From Hyphochytrium catenoides (taxonomy: Eukaryota > Protista > Hyphochytriomycota): 48,198 nucleotides of DNA. Position 1 is the stretch's first letter, and each line of letters opens with the position of its first letter. The translations under genes were made by a program, and so were the position numbers. The stretch lies in the NCBI GenBank assembly GCA_900088475.1, contig FLMG01001932.1, positions 1 through 48,198 on the forward strand, given 5' to 3'. This document shows, in pieces, positions 20,005 to 32,208 of this stretch. The notes under the pieces are model-generated. The model was not told where the DNA came from. It saw nothing but the letters and a program-made list of their open reading frames with translations, and searched no databases.

Positions 20005-23000
20005 CTAGGAATCCCTCGCCTGTATCGATGTCGCCATGTCCTGGATACTGTCCATGGGTGGCTTATAGATCTCAGGCAGGTATCGGCGCTGAATAGAGTT
20101 GAAAGAGTACTTCGGCCGACCAACGTTCTTGAAAGCAACGCCTAGAACAGACGCAGAGAGCGTAGATTCAGTAAAGCTCTGACCGAGGATGCTGTATCGT
20201 GTTCATTCCTCGGCCCATCCTTCGTGTCTCTTTTGATAAGAATTCGTTCTGCCACGTTCTACGCCCACCTCCGTCAATATGGTCTTACCTATACGCACTC
20301 CATGCTGCCTCATAATATTCGCCAGGGCAAGGATGCTCTCCGCGGAGTATTTTCCTTGCTGCCTTAATTCTTCCACGTCTTCTTCCTTGCTGCTGTCGGT
20401 CCTTGAAGACACAGTCAAGGGAGAATGTGCACCGTGCCTTGTCAGCAAACGTGATTGCTCAAGAGTGACAGACATAGCTGTCCGATCTAGAACAAAAGAG
20501 CAAGCGGTTAGTAACAACAGTGTTTCAATCAGCGGAAGGGACATAGAAACAGCTAAGACGCTAGCTCTTTCTCTACCTTTCCCTGACTTGCAGTAGGTAA
20601 TCCTCCCGCCATTCAGCCATCGCACTGCCTCGCTGGACCTCAGAAGAATCTTCTCATTTTTATCCTCACTTGACTCCAGACTAATCGCAGTCTCAAGTCT
20701 AGTAAGGCAAGAGACAAGAACCCACGTGGGGACTTCAGTTGGTTGCACCAGAAGATGGTTAACAGGGTCATTACCTCTGCATCAGGGTGAACACAGTGTC
20801 ATCTGTCTCCGCCCTGGAGAGCCATCCACAAGGTAGTTTCGCAGGCCCAGGTAGCCTCTTGCTCGCCTAAGAAGCGTACAGAGGGGAAAACGAAGTGGTA
20901 CAGTGAGCTGGAGTCGACGACAGGCTGTCTTGAGACTCTAAGGAAGGTAAGAGGCCTGTAGTCATCACTTTCTGAGTGAGAAGTACGACGACAGAGGGCG
21001 AGAAGTCGCCATGCTTGGGAAAGAGCAGGATCTGCACATGCTAAGTTCTCCAACCTACTGACATAGTCACTACGTGGGAGTCGCGGGGTGTCGTGATAAC
21101 GTAAATAGAGTGCTGGAAAGCCCATACCCCAGAAACTGCTAGGAGAACAGGGGCACGGCACTTACCATAAAGGCAGCTTCTCTCTTTCTGTAGTCCTTGT
21201 ACTTGTCATGGTAGGACGATAGGAGTCTAAAGCTTGCCTTGTTAATGCCTTGCTGCAGATAAACTCCCTCATCTCCGACAGTGTTGACAATAGATTGCAT
21301 CTCATTGATTCCCTAAGAGGCAATGAGCAGATAAGGAAGAAGAGGGTCGATGGAGAGGGAGAAGAATGTTAGGTTGCGTAGCGTTTGAACGAACTGCATA
21401 AACCGATGTGGGGAGACACTTGAGGCATCGCATCAGCTAGACAATAAACTTCTCCTTCCTTGCTTTCTTCTCGCGCCTGTAAGCTCTAACCATCTGTCCT
21501 TATCATTGTTTCTCGCCTCAGCCTTACCTGGCTAAAGAGGACAGGAACAACATGAATCAGCTGGCCATGTTGAAGCGGCGGAGGAACGCGGTGCCATACA
21601 AGTGGAGAGACAGTCACCTCAATAATGTACCGCCCTTGCTGTGAAGATGTCAAAGCTTGTTAGCAGCGGGCTAAAAAGTGTTAGGCAAGAGGTCAGCATA
21701 CAGGTGGAGGATGGACGCACGAACAGTGGAGGCGGACGTAGAGAGATCATGTATTGGCTGTCATGAGAACTAGCCGGAATGCAAGGTACCAAAGAAAAGA
21801 GGATGAAACGAGGGTGCTCACCTCTCTCTGCAGATATACGAGGCCATTTGGGTTAGCGGTAGGAAGGACAAAGTCTGTGCCAGCTGTGGATTCCTTCACG
21901 GTCTCAATTGTGTGTTGCGGCTTAGCTTTGGCCTTACAGAGAGAATGACAGAGAAGAAAAGTCAAGGTTAACAAAGCAAAGGTAGAAGGAAAGGCCTGGA
22001 CAACACGACTAGGCAATAGGCAAGGGGATGAAAGAGGGGACCACTGTTGAGGCGGTTCGTGAAGAGAAGCGTGAAATGAGACCAAACGACTAAGTGCAAG
22101 GTCTAGACAGCCGTTGCCCCCTTCGATTCAATTACCTCTCTATATTCCCGCTCCTCCTCTGCTGTTCTCTCTCTCAGCCGGAAGGCAAATTCTTGAAGGG
22201 CATTGATGGCGATGGCACCGTCTGAGAGCATTGTTAACTCCTTTGCATGAGTAGAGACAAGACTTTCCCATCCTAAGAGAAAGCCAATAGATAGCATTTG
22301 AAGAAGAGTTTCCTCTGGAAGTTCTTTCTGAAGTATGAGCTCCAGACGACTGCAAAAGGCGGTGACAAGGGTCGTTACCGCCTGAGACATGCAGATGCAC
22401 TTCCGTAGATAATATTCTGCCTAAAGGGCACAATGGTGAGGTGAATGGAGAAACTCACGGAGCGCCTCAAAGCATCACGAATAAGTAAGACGGTTTCGCA
22501 GTCAGTTGCCTAATCGGCAGCACTAGCGTACTAGGGGAAGGTCAGTGCGTACGGATGATATAAGGCGACAGGAACTACGACAATCACGATATGTAGATAA
22601 AGTAGCGAAGGTCGTAACTCAACGGGCGGAAGTAGCCCCGTTCAGACCTTCAGTGTCTCGAGTTGCTGCAGAAGTCTGACAGGACTTTCAATGGGGGCCT
22701 CATCGAGTCCTGAAGGGCAACAGAGACTGTCAGAATGTAGGAAACAAAGAAGTGGCGGCTACAAAGGTGAAGAAGCGTCTGAGATATAAGATACAAACGT
22801 TCCTCCGCTATCGAGAGGAGGCGAGTAAGACATACCTGAGCTTTTGCCTGCTAGTCCCGCCTTCTTGACTGCGTTTGTTGTTGCTCCCTTGAGTGCTCTC
22901 GCGCTCACCTTTGCACTCTATAGTAGGGAAAGAAGCCCATTAAAAAGCAAGTCCATTTAGTGAGACTCCTGCCAAGTGAGGCAGCTGTAAAGGAAGAACA

Positions 23001-26000
23001 GCAAGACAACTAGTGCCTATACAAAGAAGTAGAGTCCCTTTGGCCATTTACCATGACGGCAAGTTTGATTCCTTGTCCGGCTTTCTGACTGATGTTCGAG
23101 GCAAGATCCCTAGGATCTTTCTGCGACTTCTTATCCTGGTCATAGTCGGCCGATGCTACCTCCAATGCCTAACCGGAGACGTTTCTTAGGGAAATGAACA
23201 AATATTGGACATAGTACGCCAGCTTGCAACGGCCTTTCTCCATCTCCGATTATGCCTTCTACCATCTTGTGTCAACTTTCTGTGCTGCGATCTTTCTGTA
23301 AGCGAGAGATATCTCATCTTGCTTTTCCTATCCTCTCTCTTCATCCCCAGTGCGACCTTTACTATAGCCTCGCCTTTCATCGATGTTTCTCTGTCTCTAT
23401 CACTCCAACCGTCCCTCTCACCTTCAGAACGTCTCCTTCCGTGATGTGGAAGTCGACATCATCTCCTTCAACCTCTCCCTGCAAGGGAGCCTCTTCATCT
23501 GGGGGCAAGAACGCTGAATCACCTGTAGTGTAAGGCAGTGCTAGTTAGTACATCAGCGGGAGACTAACTATGAGGGCAGAGACAGAGTAGCTTGTGAAGG
23601 TTAGTAGTAGGGATGTGGCTCTTACATCTGTCGATAGCGTGGAAAGATGCTCTGTTGGGCCCCTCCGGCTCGTCTGCTACGTTCTCAGCCTCTGTCAGAG
23701 AGTTGGACTCGCCAGCCAGTTCAGCTAACGAGTAAGAAGAGAGAGTACTCCGTAGCTGCTTGTCAAGCTTGTCAATCTTTATAGCCATAGCGTGAAGGCC
23801 TACTTAGACAGCGTCAGCAACACATCAATATCAACAAGAAGACAGAGTAAGGGTTCTTTGAAGACCTAAAGAAGAAACCTAGGCAATCAGTGACAAGCTA
23901 ACACTAGGATTAAAGGGCTACCATCTTTGTCGAGTCCAAGCCAGTGCGCCGCCGGAATGCCGACAGATACGTTATCATAGGTAGCATAGGACTCATAAAA
24001 AGGAGTTTGGTCTGTCAAACGAGTTGCCTGGGGTTGTGCGGACTTGATAGGGAAAGCAGAAGGCCATAAGCACAGGATAAGTGGAGACTTAAAGTGCGAT
24101 CGAGAGCTTGTATCCATTTCAGAGCAAGGAAGGGGGAGAGGGGAAGAAGGTGAGATTTAGCTGAATAGTAGGGAGAAGAGTATTTAGCAAAGAGACCACT
24201 GGAGGACGATCACCTTCGTTGGCGCCTGGTCTTGCGCTCCAAAGTCAGAGAGATCTAGCAAATCGATCTCCTTGACACTATTCATGCAATAGTTCGCAAA
24301 AAAGCACACCCATGGTCAGTGCAACTCCAATGCAAGGTCAGGAAGGCAACAGAGGAACGAAGTCGTTGAATATCAGGCCAGACCTTTGGAGACAAGAAAT
24401 TAAACCAAGGCTGGGCCGAGACCTATTACTTCTTACATGTCTACGGTCTTCTCTGCATCCAGACGGAAAGATGGCTGCCAGATGTTAGGGAACACTTTCC
24501 AGTGCTCAACCTAACGGTACCATCGAAGCGTGAAGTGAGTATGTAGAATTGATGCCTAACTAACGAAGGAAGCACAGAGAACGAAACTGAACTATGTGCA
24601 AGTAAGCCAAATGAAGCGTAAATGGTCCATCTTGGTTCTTCTCTCACTGCCTGAGGACTCTTCCTTCGGTCCTTTAGCGCGTTATACCTGCAGGTTTGTC
24701 GGGATCGCCATCAGTTCTTTGCTCTTCTTGAGCTGGGATGACTTGAAACCTCGTCCACCCTTTGCCATTGTTTCATAGAGCTGAGATAGTTGACGAAGTA
24801 GGAATACTTGGTGCTTTATCTTAACCGCGTGCTCCTTCAGGAAAGATAGCGGAAGATTCTCATAGACTGGATAAAGAGGGTGATTTGGCCTACGAAACGG
24901 CAGATGAAAGGTTAAGAAGAGAGGGACCGATCGTGGAAATTCGCGTATGTGCGGGGCAGACTCTGAGAAAAGTGCGTCCTTGTTAATCTCAAAAATAAGT
25001 AGATTGCAATAGAGAGAGAGAGAGTCATAAGCGTCATCTTACTTGGGGCTGCTCATTCCCGTGCAGAAGAGGCGGCTTCTTGTGGGAACCCTGGTAACTA
25101 CTCGCACCGGTGCGCTCGTTTGTGGAGAGGTCAACCTAACGCCCACATTGACCTGAACCTTTGGTGTGCAGTCTCGTCGAATCTCTGAGTCCGGAGCGAC
25201 AGAAAGTGGGAACCACTGCGAGAAAGAGCTGCCTTGCACCCCTGCGATGTATGAGAAGCGGTTAACAATGGAGCACAATGCATCAACGCAGATTTTAGAG
25301 ATGGACCGATGCATCCGTGGACATGGCTAAGAAGCAAGGCGGCAGGCAACCACAAGAGGATTTGCTGGAGAGGCTCAGAGGGTTTACTTAAGCAGAGGAG
25401 AAGTTAAAGCCTAAAGAGCTTACCTTCAACGCCTCCAAAGTCACCAGTCACCGGCAGGAGGGTTTGCTGCAGAGGAGAGAGAGGAATGTTCACTTTTCCG
25501 AGAACCGCCTTTTCGTAGCCTTTGAAGACGGAGTATCGCTCATGCACCACCTCCAGGTTGATGGAGGATGAGAAAAATGCCTCGGAGGCTGGAAGGTAGA
25601 AAGTGAACGTGTACCCGCGATTATTGTGCACTAATCCCTTCTCAAGCTAACCGACAGTCAGTGCAGAACACAAAGAGGGGAGTGAGAGGGACAGATGGTC
25701 TTTGATTGCCAAGCGCTTTTAAGTCAGTGACCGTAGTAAAGGGAAAGACGAGAGCCGTTGGCAAAGCTTGACGTGCTTACAGCATTGTAAGGAAATAAAG
25801 TGTGGAAAGGCCTCAAAAGGGCATTAACGATGAACAAGCTCCAGCTGAGAGGAGGGCTAAAGGTTAGACCCAGAAAGATAACAGGCGTATACGGGGCAAA
25901 GGTTGGGAAGAGTCACCAGGGTACTTATAGAAGGAGCGTCGGAGGGTCAGCAAGAAGAAGATGGCCATCTTCTCATTTTGGGAGTTTCAGGTTAATGGTG

Positions 26001-29000
26001 ATCAGAAAATGGAGCTACCTTGCATCGCAGTCTCCTGGAGACGCAGTACTTAGTATTAGGCTTGGGATAGGGACACTTGTCCATGTTCTTGTTCGTGCTC
26101 CACTCCGGAGAGGAGGTGAGATACTCTGTATTGGTCCTCCCGATGGTGCGACCTTTAGAGGTTAGAGGAGAGACGACGGGACAAGACGTCAGAGTGAGGT
26201 AGGTAAATGGCCATAAAGGCAGATGGGGCTGCGGTATACCTAAGCTGCCATTGGCCTTGGCTGTCCCCTTGCTAGACGAGTCAAAATAGAGCATGACGTA
26301 GGGTGAAAAAGGGTTGCGGACGGTGTTGCCTGCCTTTAGAAGGCCCTTGACCAGATTTTCTGGAGACGTCGTTGAAAACGGGTGACAACCAGAAGACAAA
26401 ATGGAAGCACAAACATAAGTTAGTGAGCATCCACTTAGAAGTTGATAGAGATTAAAGAAAGCCAAGCTAAACAAGGTAAACAGGTGCCATTCTACGGGCT
26501 CCAAGAACTGAACAAGGAGCCCCTCAGAGCACTTCTGTAGACTCACTTTGTCCTCCTGCTGCTGCTGCAGCAGCTGCTGCCTCTTCCTCTTCCATTCGGA
26601 TGAGATCCGTTGCACGCGGAATCTATACGCCAGAAACGCAAGACCATTAGAACCGTGAAGTTGAGATGCAGGGCGTAGCGTCAGTCCCTTGAAGGCTGAT
26701 GATCTACTCTTAGCGTTTCTGTATATGTATTTCACCAGTTGCGAATCTACTCCCTTTTTTTACCGCTATACCTCTACTTCTTGCCACCTAGTCGTGTAGG
26801 CACCCGCTGCTATTCAGCGGAGGTCCAAGAAGCAGCCTCTAAACTCTCTCTCACTCTCGGAAGAGCCGGTTCTCTCATCTTGTGAGGATCCCTCTTCCCC
26901 TCCTTTAGACCTTACCTGTACTCTCACCACCATGTAGTTGTTGCTGAGCGCCTCTGCATCGTTGTCAAAGAAGCCCAGCCGGACTCTGTGCTCGTTGTAA
27001 GTATGGAGCCAGCTCTCCAGAAGAGAATTCATCTCATAAAGACATTCCCGAAGAAAGAGGGAGGGAATAGAGTAGCAATAGCTCACTTCTGCCCCTTCCT
27101 CCACAAGTAGAAGAGGAGAGGTCGCACCGACATTCATCTGAAAGTAATGACGGCATAATGGGTGAAAGAAAGGCCGCACGCAGTGAGTTGAGCGACAAAG
27201 ATGGAGACAAGCGGAACATTAGAAATAGGCTAATTATGACAGCAAATATCAGTAACATATAATGCTCGACCGGCTAGGAATGGAGCGAGGTAGAGGTGAA
27301 GGCAATGCTCCGTTCCACATAAAGGAAGTAGTCCCAGAGCGAACTAGCACTAGAAGAAGGAGCTTCTACCAGATACTTTTGTCCTAGCAGCCGCTTGGTA
27401 ATCACTTGCGTGTGTTCTTGTCTTTGCATCGGAAGAGAGACGATCGATATCGCGGCACTCTCTGTGAAAGGGGAAGAAAGCTTGAACTGCGACCAGGAAC
27501 CCTTCTTAGCGTCACACTGTTCAGGATTAGGACAAGCGGTCAGAAAATCTTGCAACCTTGCCAGTTCTTTTCCCCCGTTTGTCTCTCTAGTTCTCTCCCT
27601 TCAGTTCTGTCAAGCTTCCGGTATCAATCAATCTCTGAGCGTTCTTTGACAAGGTCATGCCGTTCTGTCTGTTAGTGAGCCTACCATTAGAAGCTCTCTA
27701 CTCACGAAAAGCGACTAGATTGGTCAATGCTCTCTTTCCCTTTGTCCCTGGTAACGTCTCTGCCTGGCTAGAGCTGTCAACAAGGTCTAATCTCCAACTT
27801 ACCCTTTTCATCATCTCCCTGACTGTGGTCTGGTAGGAACCAAAGGTCAGGTGGGTACCTGCTCCTTCGTCCACGTTCAGTCGGACCTCAAGTGTCAGAG
27901 TCCTGTCATAGCCGACAGGAACCTCAAGGCTGGGGACAAGGGAGAAGAATAACTCTGGACCCTTTCCCATCTCTGTGGCAAAGACTTGTCGGTTCACCGT
28001 AGGAAGACTGCAATAATTGAGAGGGTGACGATCAGACTCATGAGATCTGATGAAGGCTGCACAAGCTCAAGTTTGCGCCCACGACCTAGAGGAGGAGGTC
28101 TACCTGATAGGCTTATTTTCTGTAGAGAAGGGAGATGAAACGAGGACAGCCACGTATGCCTCATCCTCTCCCTTTTTACCACCCTGCCACCAAGAGCGAT
28201 TCTTCCTATCCTCTGGCAATCGCACTCCAGAGCATGACAGTCCGAAGTGCAGCTGCTCATAGCCTGATAAAAGAAGCAAACCAAACGAAGGCAAGACAGA
28301 AATGAGGAAAGGTGCAGGATGCCTCCTAGCGAAGAAATAAAGAAGACGCAAACCGGAGGACTCACATACCAAGTCAAAAGGAGTCGAAGGCGTTGTATGT
28401 GCGAGAAGGCAGAGGTAGGAGGTGAAGATGGCAGAATAGAGTGTATAGAAGGGAAGGCTGACTAGCAATAGAGTCCAAGAGACATAATCTGAGGGAATCC
28501 AAGCCAAAACATCACCGAGAATACGGAGAACATAGGGAACTAGGAAGACGTGGAGATCTGACAGGAGATCAGAAGCAAAATGACTATGGGGTAAGGCTGC
28601 TAAATGCACTCAAAGCTGACCAACAGCGGCACATACCGGGCTTCGTTTCGGTGTTCCACCAGAGAGAAGGAGACGTGGATTTTACGTCCTCTCCCTTCAC
28701 GGCAACTCTTTCCTCGCCCAGATAAGGATCTTCAAAGTTTGAGCCACTCTTAGGCTTGATAAGCGTTGTCTTGGCTTGAGGCAGAGATTCTCCATTCGTC
28801 GTAGCAGAAATAGAAGGTGAAGGGCTGGAGGAGCTTTGCCCACGGAAGCTCTCCGCCTTCAAGAGCGTTTTCTGCGTAGAGTTAGACGAAGCAGCCGCCC
28901 CGTTGGTTTGAGGGAGATTAGTCTCTCCTGTTCCCTTGACAACGCCTCCGCCCCCCGAACGAACAGATGAGGAGGAGTTGTTGCTGCCAAGGGAGCCCGT

Positions 29001-30932
29001 GGAGGTGTTTACACCGAGGTTTGCAAGACCTTTGAATGAATTTTTGGTTACTGAGCCAAAGAGAGAGAGCGCGCTGAAGTCACCCTCTTTCTGCTGCCCG
29101 TTCAGAGACCCAAAAGGAGGAGGCTGCGAAAATGAGGAGGAGGGAGAGAGAGAGTTCATTTGGGAAACAGGTGTTGTTGCATTGGCCGCCATCTGCAGCG
29201 ACTGAGAGCCCCATCCGGAAGTAGGGGGCGGAGATTGCAGTGGTGGGGGAAAGCCTATAGGGTGAGGGCGGACATTTAGAGGGAAGGACGCCTCATCCAC
29301 TTCGATAGCATGTTCTCTCACTTTTCTAGGGCTGCTCTACTGAGATGGAGATGGCGTCGTCTCTCTCTCTCTGACGGCCGCCATATTACCATTGCTATCC
29401 TTCCTTCTTTAGCCATTACAACATCGTTCAGCTAGCTCTATTTGTTTCCTTCTTGCGACTTGGCGCTCTTGTCTTTCTTACCTGACACACTCGTGCTGGT
29501 GCTCAAGGAGACATTGGAGTCTAGTGTGGCAAAGGGATCGAAACTCTGAAAATTTACGCCCACAGGTGGTATGAGGAAGGCAGAGAGGAAAGGGAGAGAG
29601 AGAGAGTGAGGGAGAGAAAAAGAGATAGCGATATATACAGAGCGAGAGAAAGAGAGAGAAAGAGAGGGAGAAGAGTCGAAGTGAGAGGCCAGGGGAGAGA
29701 AAGGAGATTGCGATATATGCATAGAGAGAGAGAGAGAGAGAAAGAGAGAGAAAGAGAGAGAAAGAGAGAGAAAGAGGGAGAGGAGAGTCGAAGTGAGAGG
29801 CCAGGGGAGAGAAAAGAGATTGCGATATATGCATAGAGAGAGAGAGAAAGAGAGAGAGAAAGAGAGAGAAAGAGAGAGAAAGAGAGAGAAAGAGAGAGAA
29901 AGAGAGAGAGGAGAGTCGAAGTGAGAGGCCAGGGGAGAGAAAAGAGATTGTGATATGTGCATAGAGAGAGAGAGAAAGAGAGAAAGAGAGAGAGAAAGAG
30001 AGGAGGAGAGGCGAAGTGAGAGGCACAGTGCAGATAGAGAGTTCAAACAACAAAGAACCAGGAGGAAGAACAAAGAAAGAAGCGGAGAAGTATCATCCTC
30101 ACAAGCAAACCGCACTGCTTCAGAAGAAGAGAAGAAGAACGGAAATAGGAGACAGAATGAGCTAAAAGGAGGGACAATGACCTGCAGCGACGACGAAGAT
30201 ATGGTGGGCTTGCTGATGGCTTGGCTGCTGTGCCAGAGAAATGAAGCTCGTTACATCGAAGCGTCACCTTGAGGAGGACTCTCCGCACAAGAAGAAAGGA
30301 GGGAAGGAGAGAAGAAAGAGGCAACATACAGGTTTGGCTAGGGCAAAGTACTAATGACGGAGAGGTGCAGAGAAAGAGCCGGGCACAGAGAGACAGACCT
30401 GAAGCAAGAGTCAGAGAGGTGAGGACAAGGACTTCTCAAGCCATAGCGGGTAGAGGAGAGAAAGAGCAAATAGGGACGGTTGCTGCGGGAGACAGAGAGC
30501 GACTTACGGAGACAGAGACAAGAGAGAGAGAGAGAGAGGCAAAGACATCAGAGAAAAGCTTTGTCTAGCATCACCTTTTCGCTGCACTATCATTGAAAGG
30601 GTCGAAGGTCGGGAACAGGGGAGCTTGCGGCGGGGCCAATGCCGCGGTCGTCGATGGACGCACCTCTGCGAAAGGGTCGAAAGTGGTGGGCTGTTGACCT
30701 TCATTGCCGTGCAAGGAGAGAGAGAGAGAGAGAGAAAGTAAGAAAAAACGGTGACAGCACTGTAGAGGGAGAGAGTCCACAAGACAAGGAAAAGAAGAAA
30801 GCTAGAGTTAGTTGAGAGCTCTGCACCTGTACCATTCTTGACAGGTTGAAAGGCAGAGAAGGCAGCAGGAGCTGCAGCCTTCTTCCTCTCTGGAGCTGAA
30901 GGAAGGGAAAAGACGTCAAAGGGATCTGCCAT
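20005..30932 (-). CDS. INPP4: Inositol polyphosphate 4-phosphatase (INPP4-type PI(3,4)P2 4-phosphatase) with DPF-rich N-terminus and two C2-like domains; many exons
   Basis: The spliced catalytic CX5R motif is LNGGRITYCKSGK(G|AT=D)RTAMSVTLEQ. Other INPP4 blocks: FSQAVTT-like SQAVTTLVTAF, GFLLGWESLVST, VPVLFSQ|GINEMQ and C-terminal KNVGRPKYSFNSIQRRYLPEIYKPP. Stop TAG at 20007-20005; start MADPFDVF at 30932. Not every internal exon was resolved. Confidence 0.88.
29622..30025. repeat. Compound intronic minisatellite: ~50-nt conserved core, 3 full + partial copies, separated by variable (GA)n/(GAAA) tracts
   Basis: The core gagtcgaagtgagaggccaggggagagaaaagagattgcgatatatgcatag occurs near 29673, 29785 and 29913, with degenerate copies at both ends. 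Confidence 0.9.
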
Positions 30933-31227
30933 GGTGCCTGAAGACCCAGTGCTCTTGCGCGCTGTCTTTCACTTGCACAAGAGAGCGGGACAGAGGATCT
31001 GACGTCTTCACAGTGACGCGCTGCGCGTCTTCCTTGACGTCTGAAGATCGTCAACCAGACAGCGCAGGCGGAAGAAGAAGAGAGGCCTCAGAGCGGAGAT
31101 GGAATGTTGGCACCAGCAGAGATGAAGGGAACATGCACAGAGAGCCAGAGAAAGGTGAGTTGCATCCTTCAGCAACCCGTGCAGGGAAAGTGCAAGAAAG
31201 AGAGACACACACACAATGAAGGCATAA

Positions 31228-31272
31228 AGGAAAGAGAAGGAGGAGAGAAAGAGAAAGAGAAAGAGAGAGAGA

Positions 31273-31319
<47 letters not shown>

Positions 31320-31385
31320 AGAGAAAGAGAAAGAGAGAGAGAGGGAGAGGGAGAGAGAGGGAGAGACAGAGGGAGAGAGAGAGGA
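31228..31385. repeat. (GA)n/(GAGAAA)n microsatellite upstream of the INPP4 gene
   Basis: Directly visible. Confidence 0.9.
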
Positions 31386-32208
31386 TTGAGGGAGATAAAA
31401 TAGTCTTCAATGGAAACATAGCTTAACTTGTGTGAAAAATATAAATTATCCTTGATACGAGTAGCTGTTTGCTGGTCCACAGCAAGAAAGAAACACGAAG
31501 CTTTCCTCTCATAAACAAATGATTGTTTCAATCCGTTACGATGTTGTCTGAGTTGATGGAGGGATGGCCGCAGATGATGGGGAAGGTCATGGGAGAGAAG
31601 AGAAGAGAGAGGGAGAGAGAGAGAGACACAACACAGAGGGAGAGGAGAGAGACAAGAGCGGAGGAAACAGAGAGGAAGAGGGACAAAGGGCTGAGGGCTT
31701 TAGGGACAAATGAGAAAAAATTCCTTTCCGTTGTGCTGTGGTGGAAGTTGAGTTTAGCGTCGCCTAAGAGTAAGATATGATGGCAGTGGCTCCAGGCTTC
31801 GGAGCCTCCTCACAGACAGATGGGGACGAGGTTCAGTGGGGTCTGCCGCCCATGCACTGCTGATAAAAGACTAGGTCACTTAAGGCGTACGGATGGGCCT
31901 CATCCCTAGCAAACTCGGCGCTATCTTTCAGGTTAGGGGTGAAGAGTCTATAAGTATCGCTAGACGCCTACAAGGCAGACAGCCCTATTTCCCTCAGGAA
32001 GGCCAGGAATGATCGTGTCTACTCCTCTTTGCTTTACATTGTTCTCATCTTCATGGTTTAGTGAATAGCAGATTATCGATAATGAATTGATCTGCTGAGG
32101 AAGGTCCTTGGCAAAGGAAAGAGAAACAATGTGCCCAGATGCTCTGAATGCTTGATAGAGAAGTCAAAGAACAGAGAAGAACACTAAAAACCTTGATGCT
32201 GTCGCTCC

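Noticed and set aside
29622-30025. CRISPR-like repeat-spacer array
   Set aside because: Spacers are simple GA repeats, the locus is a eukaryotic intron, and there are no cas genes.
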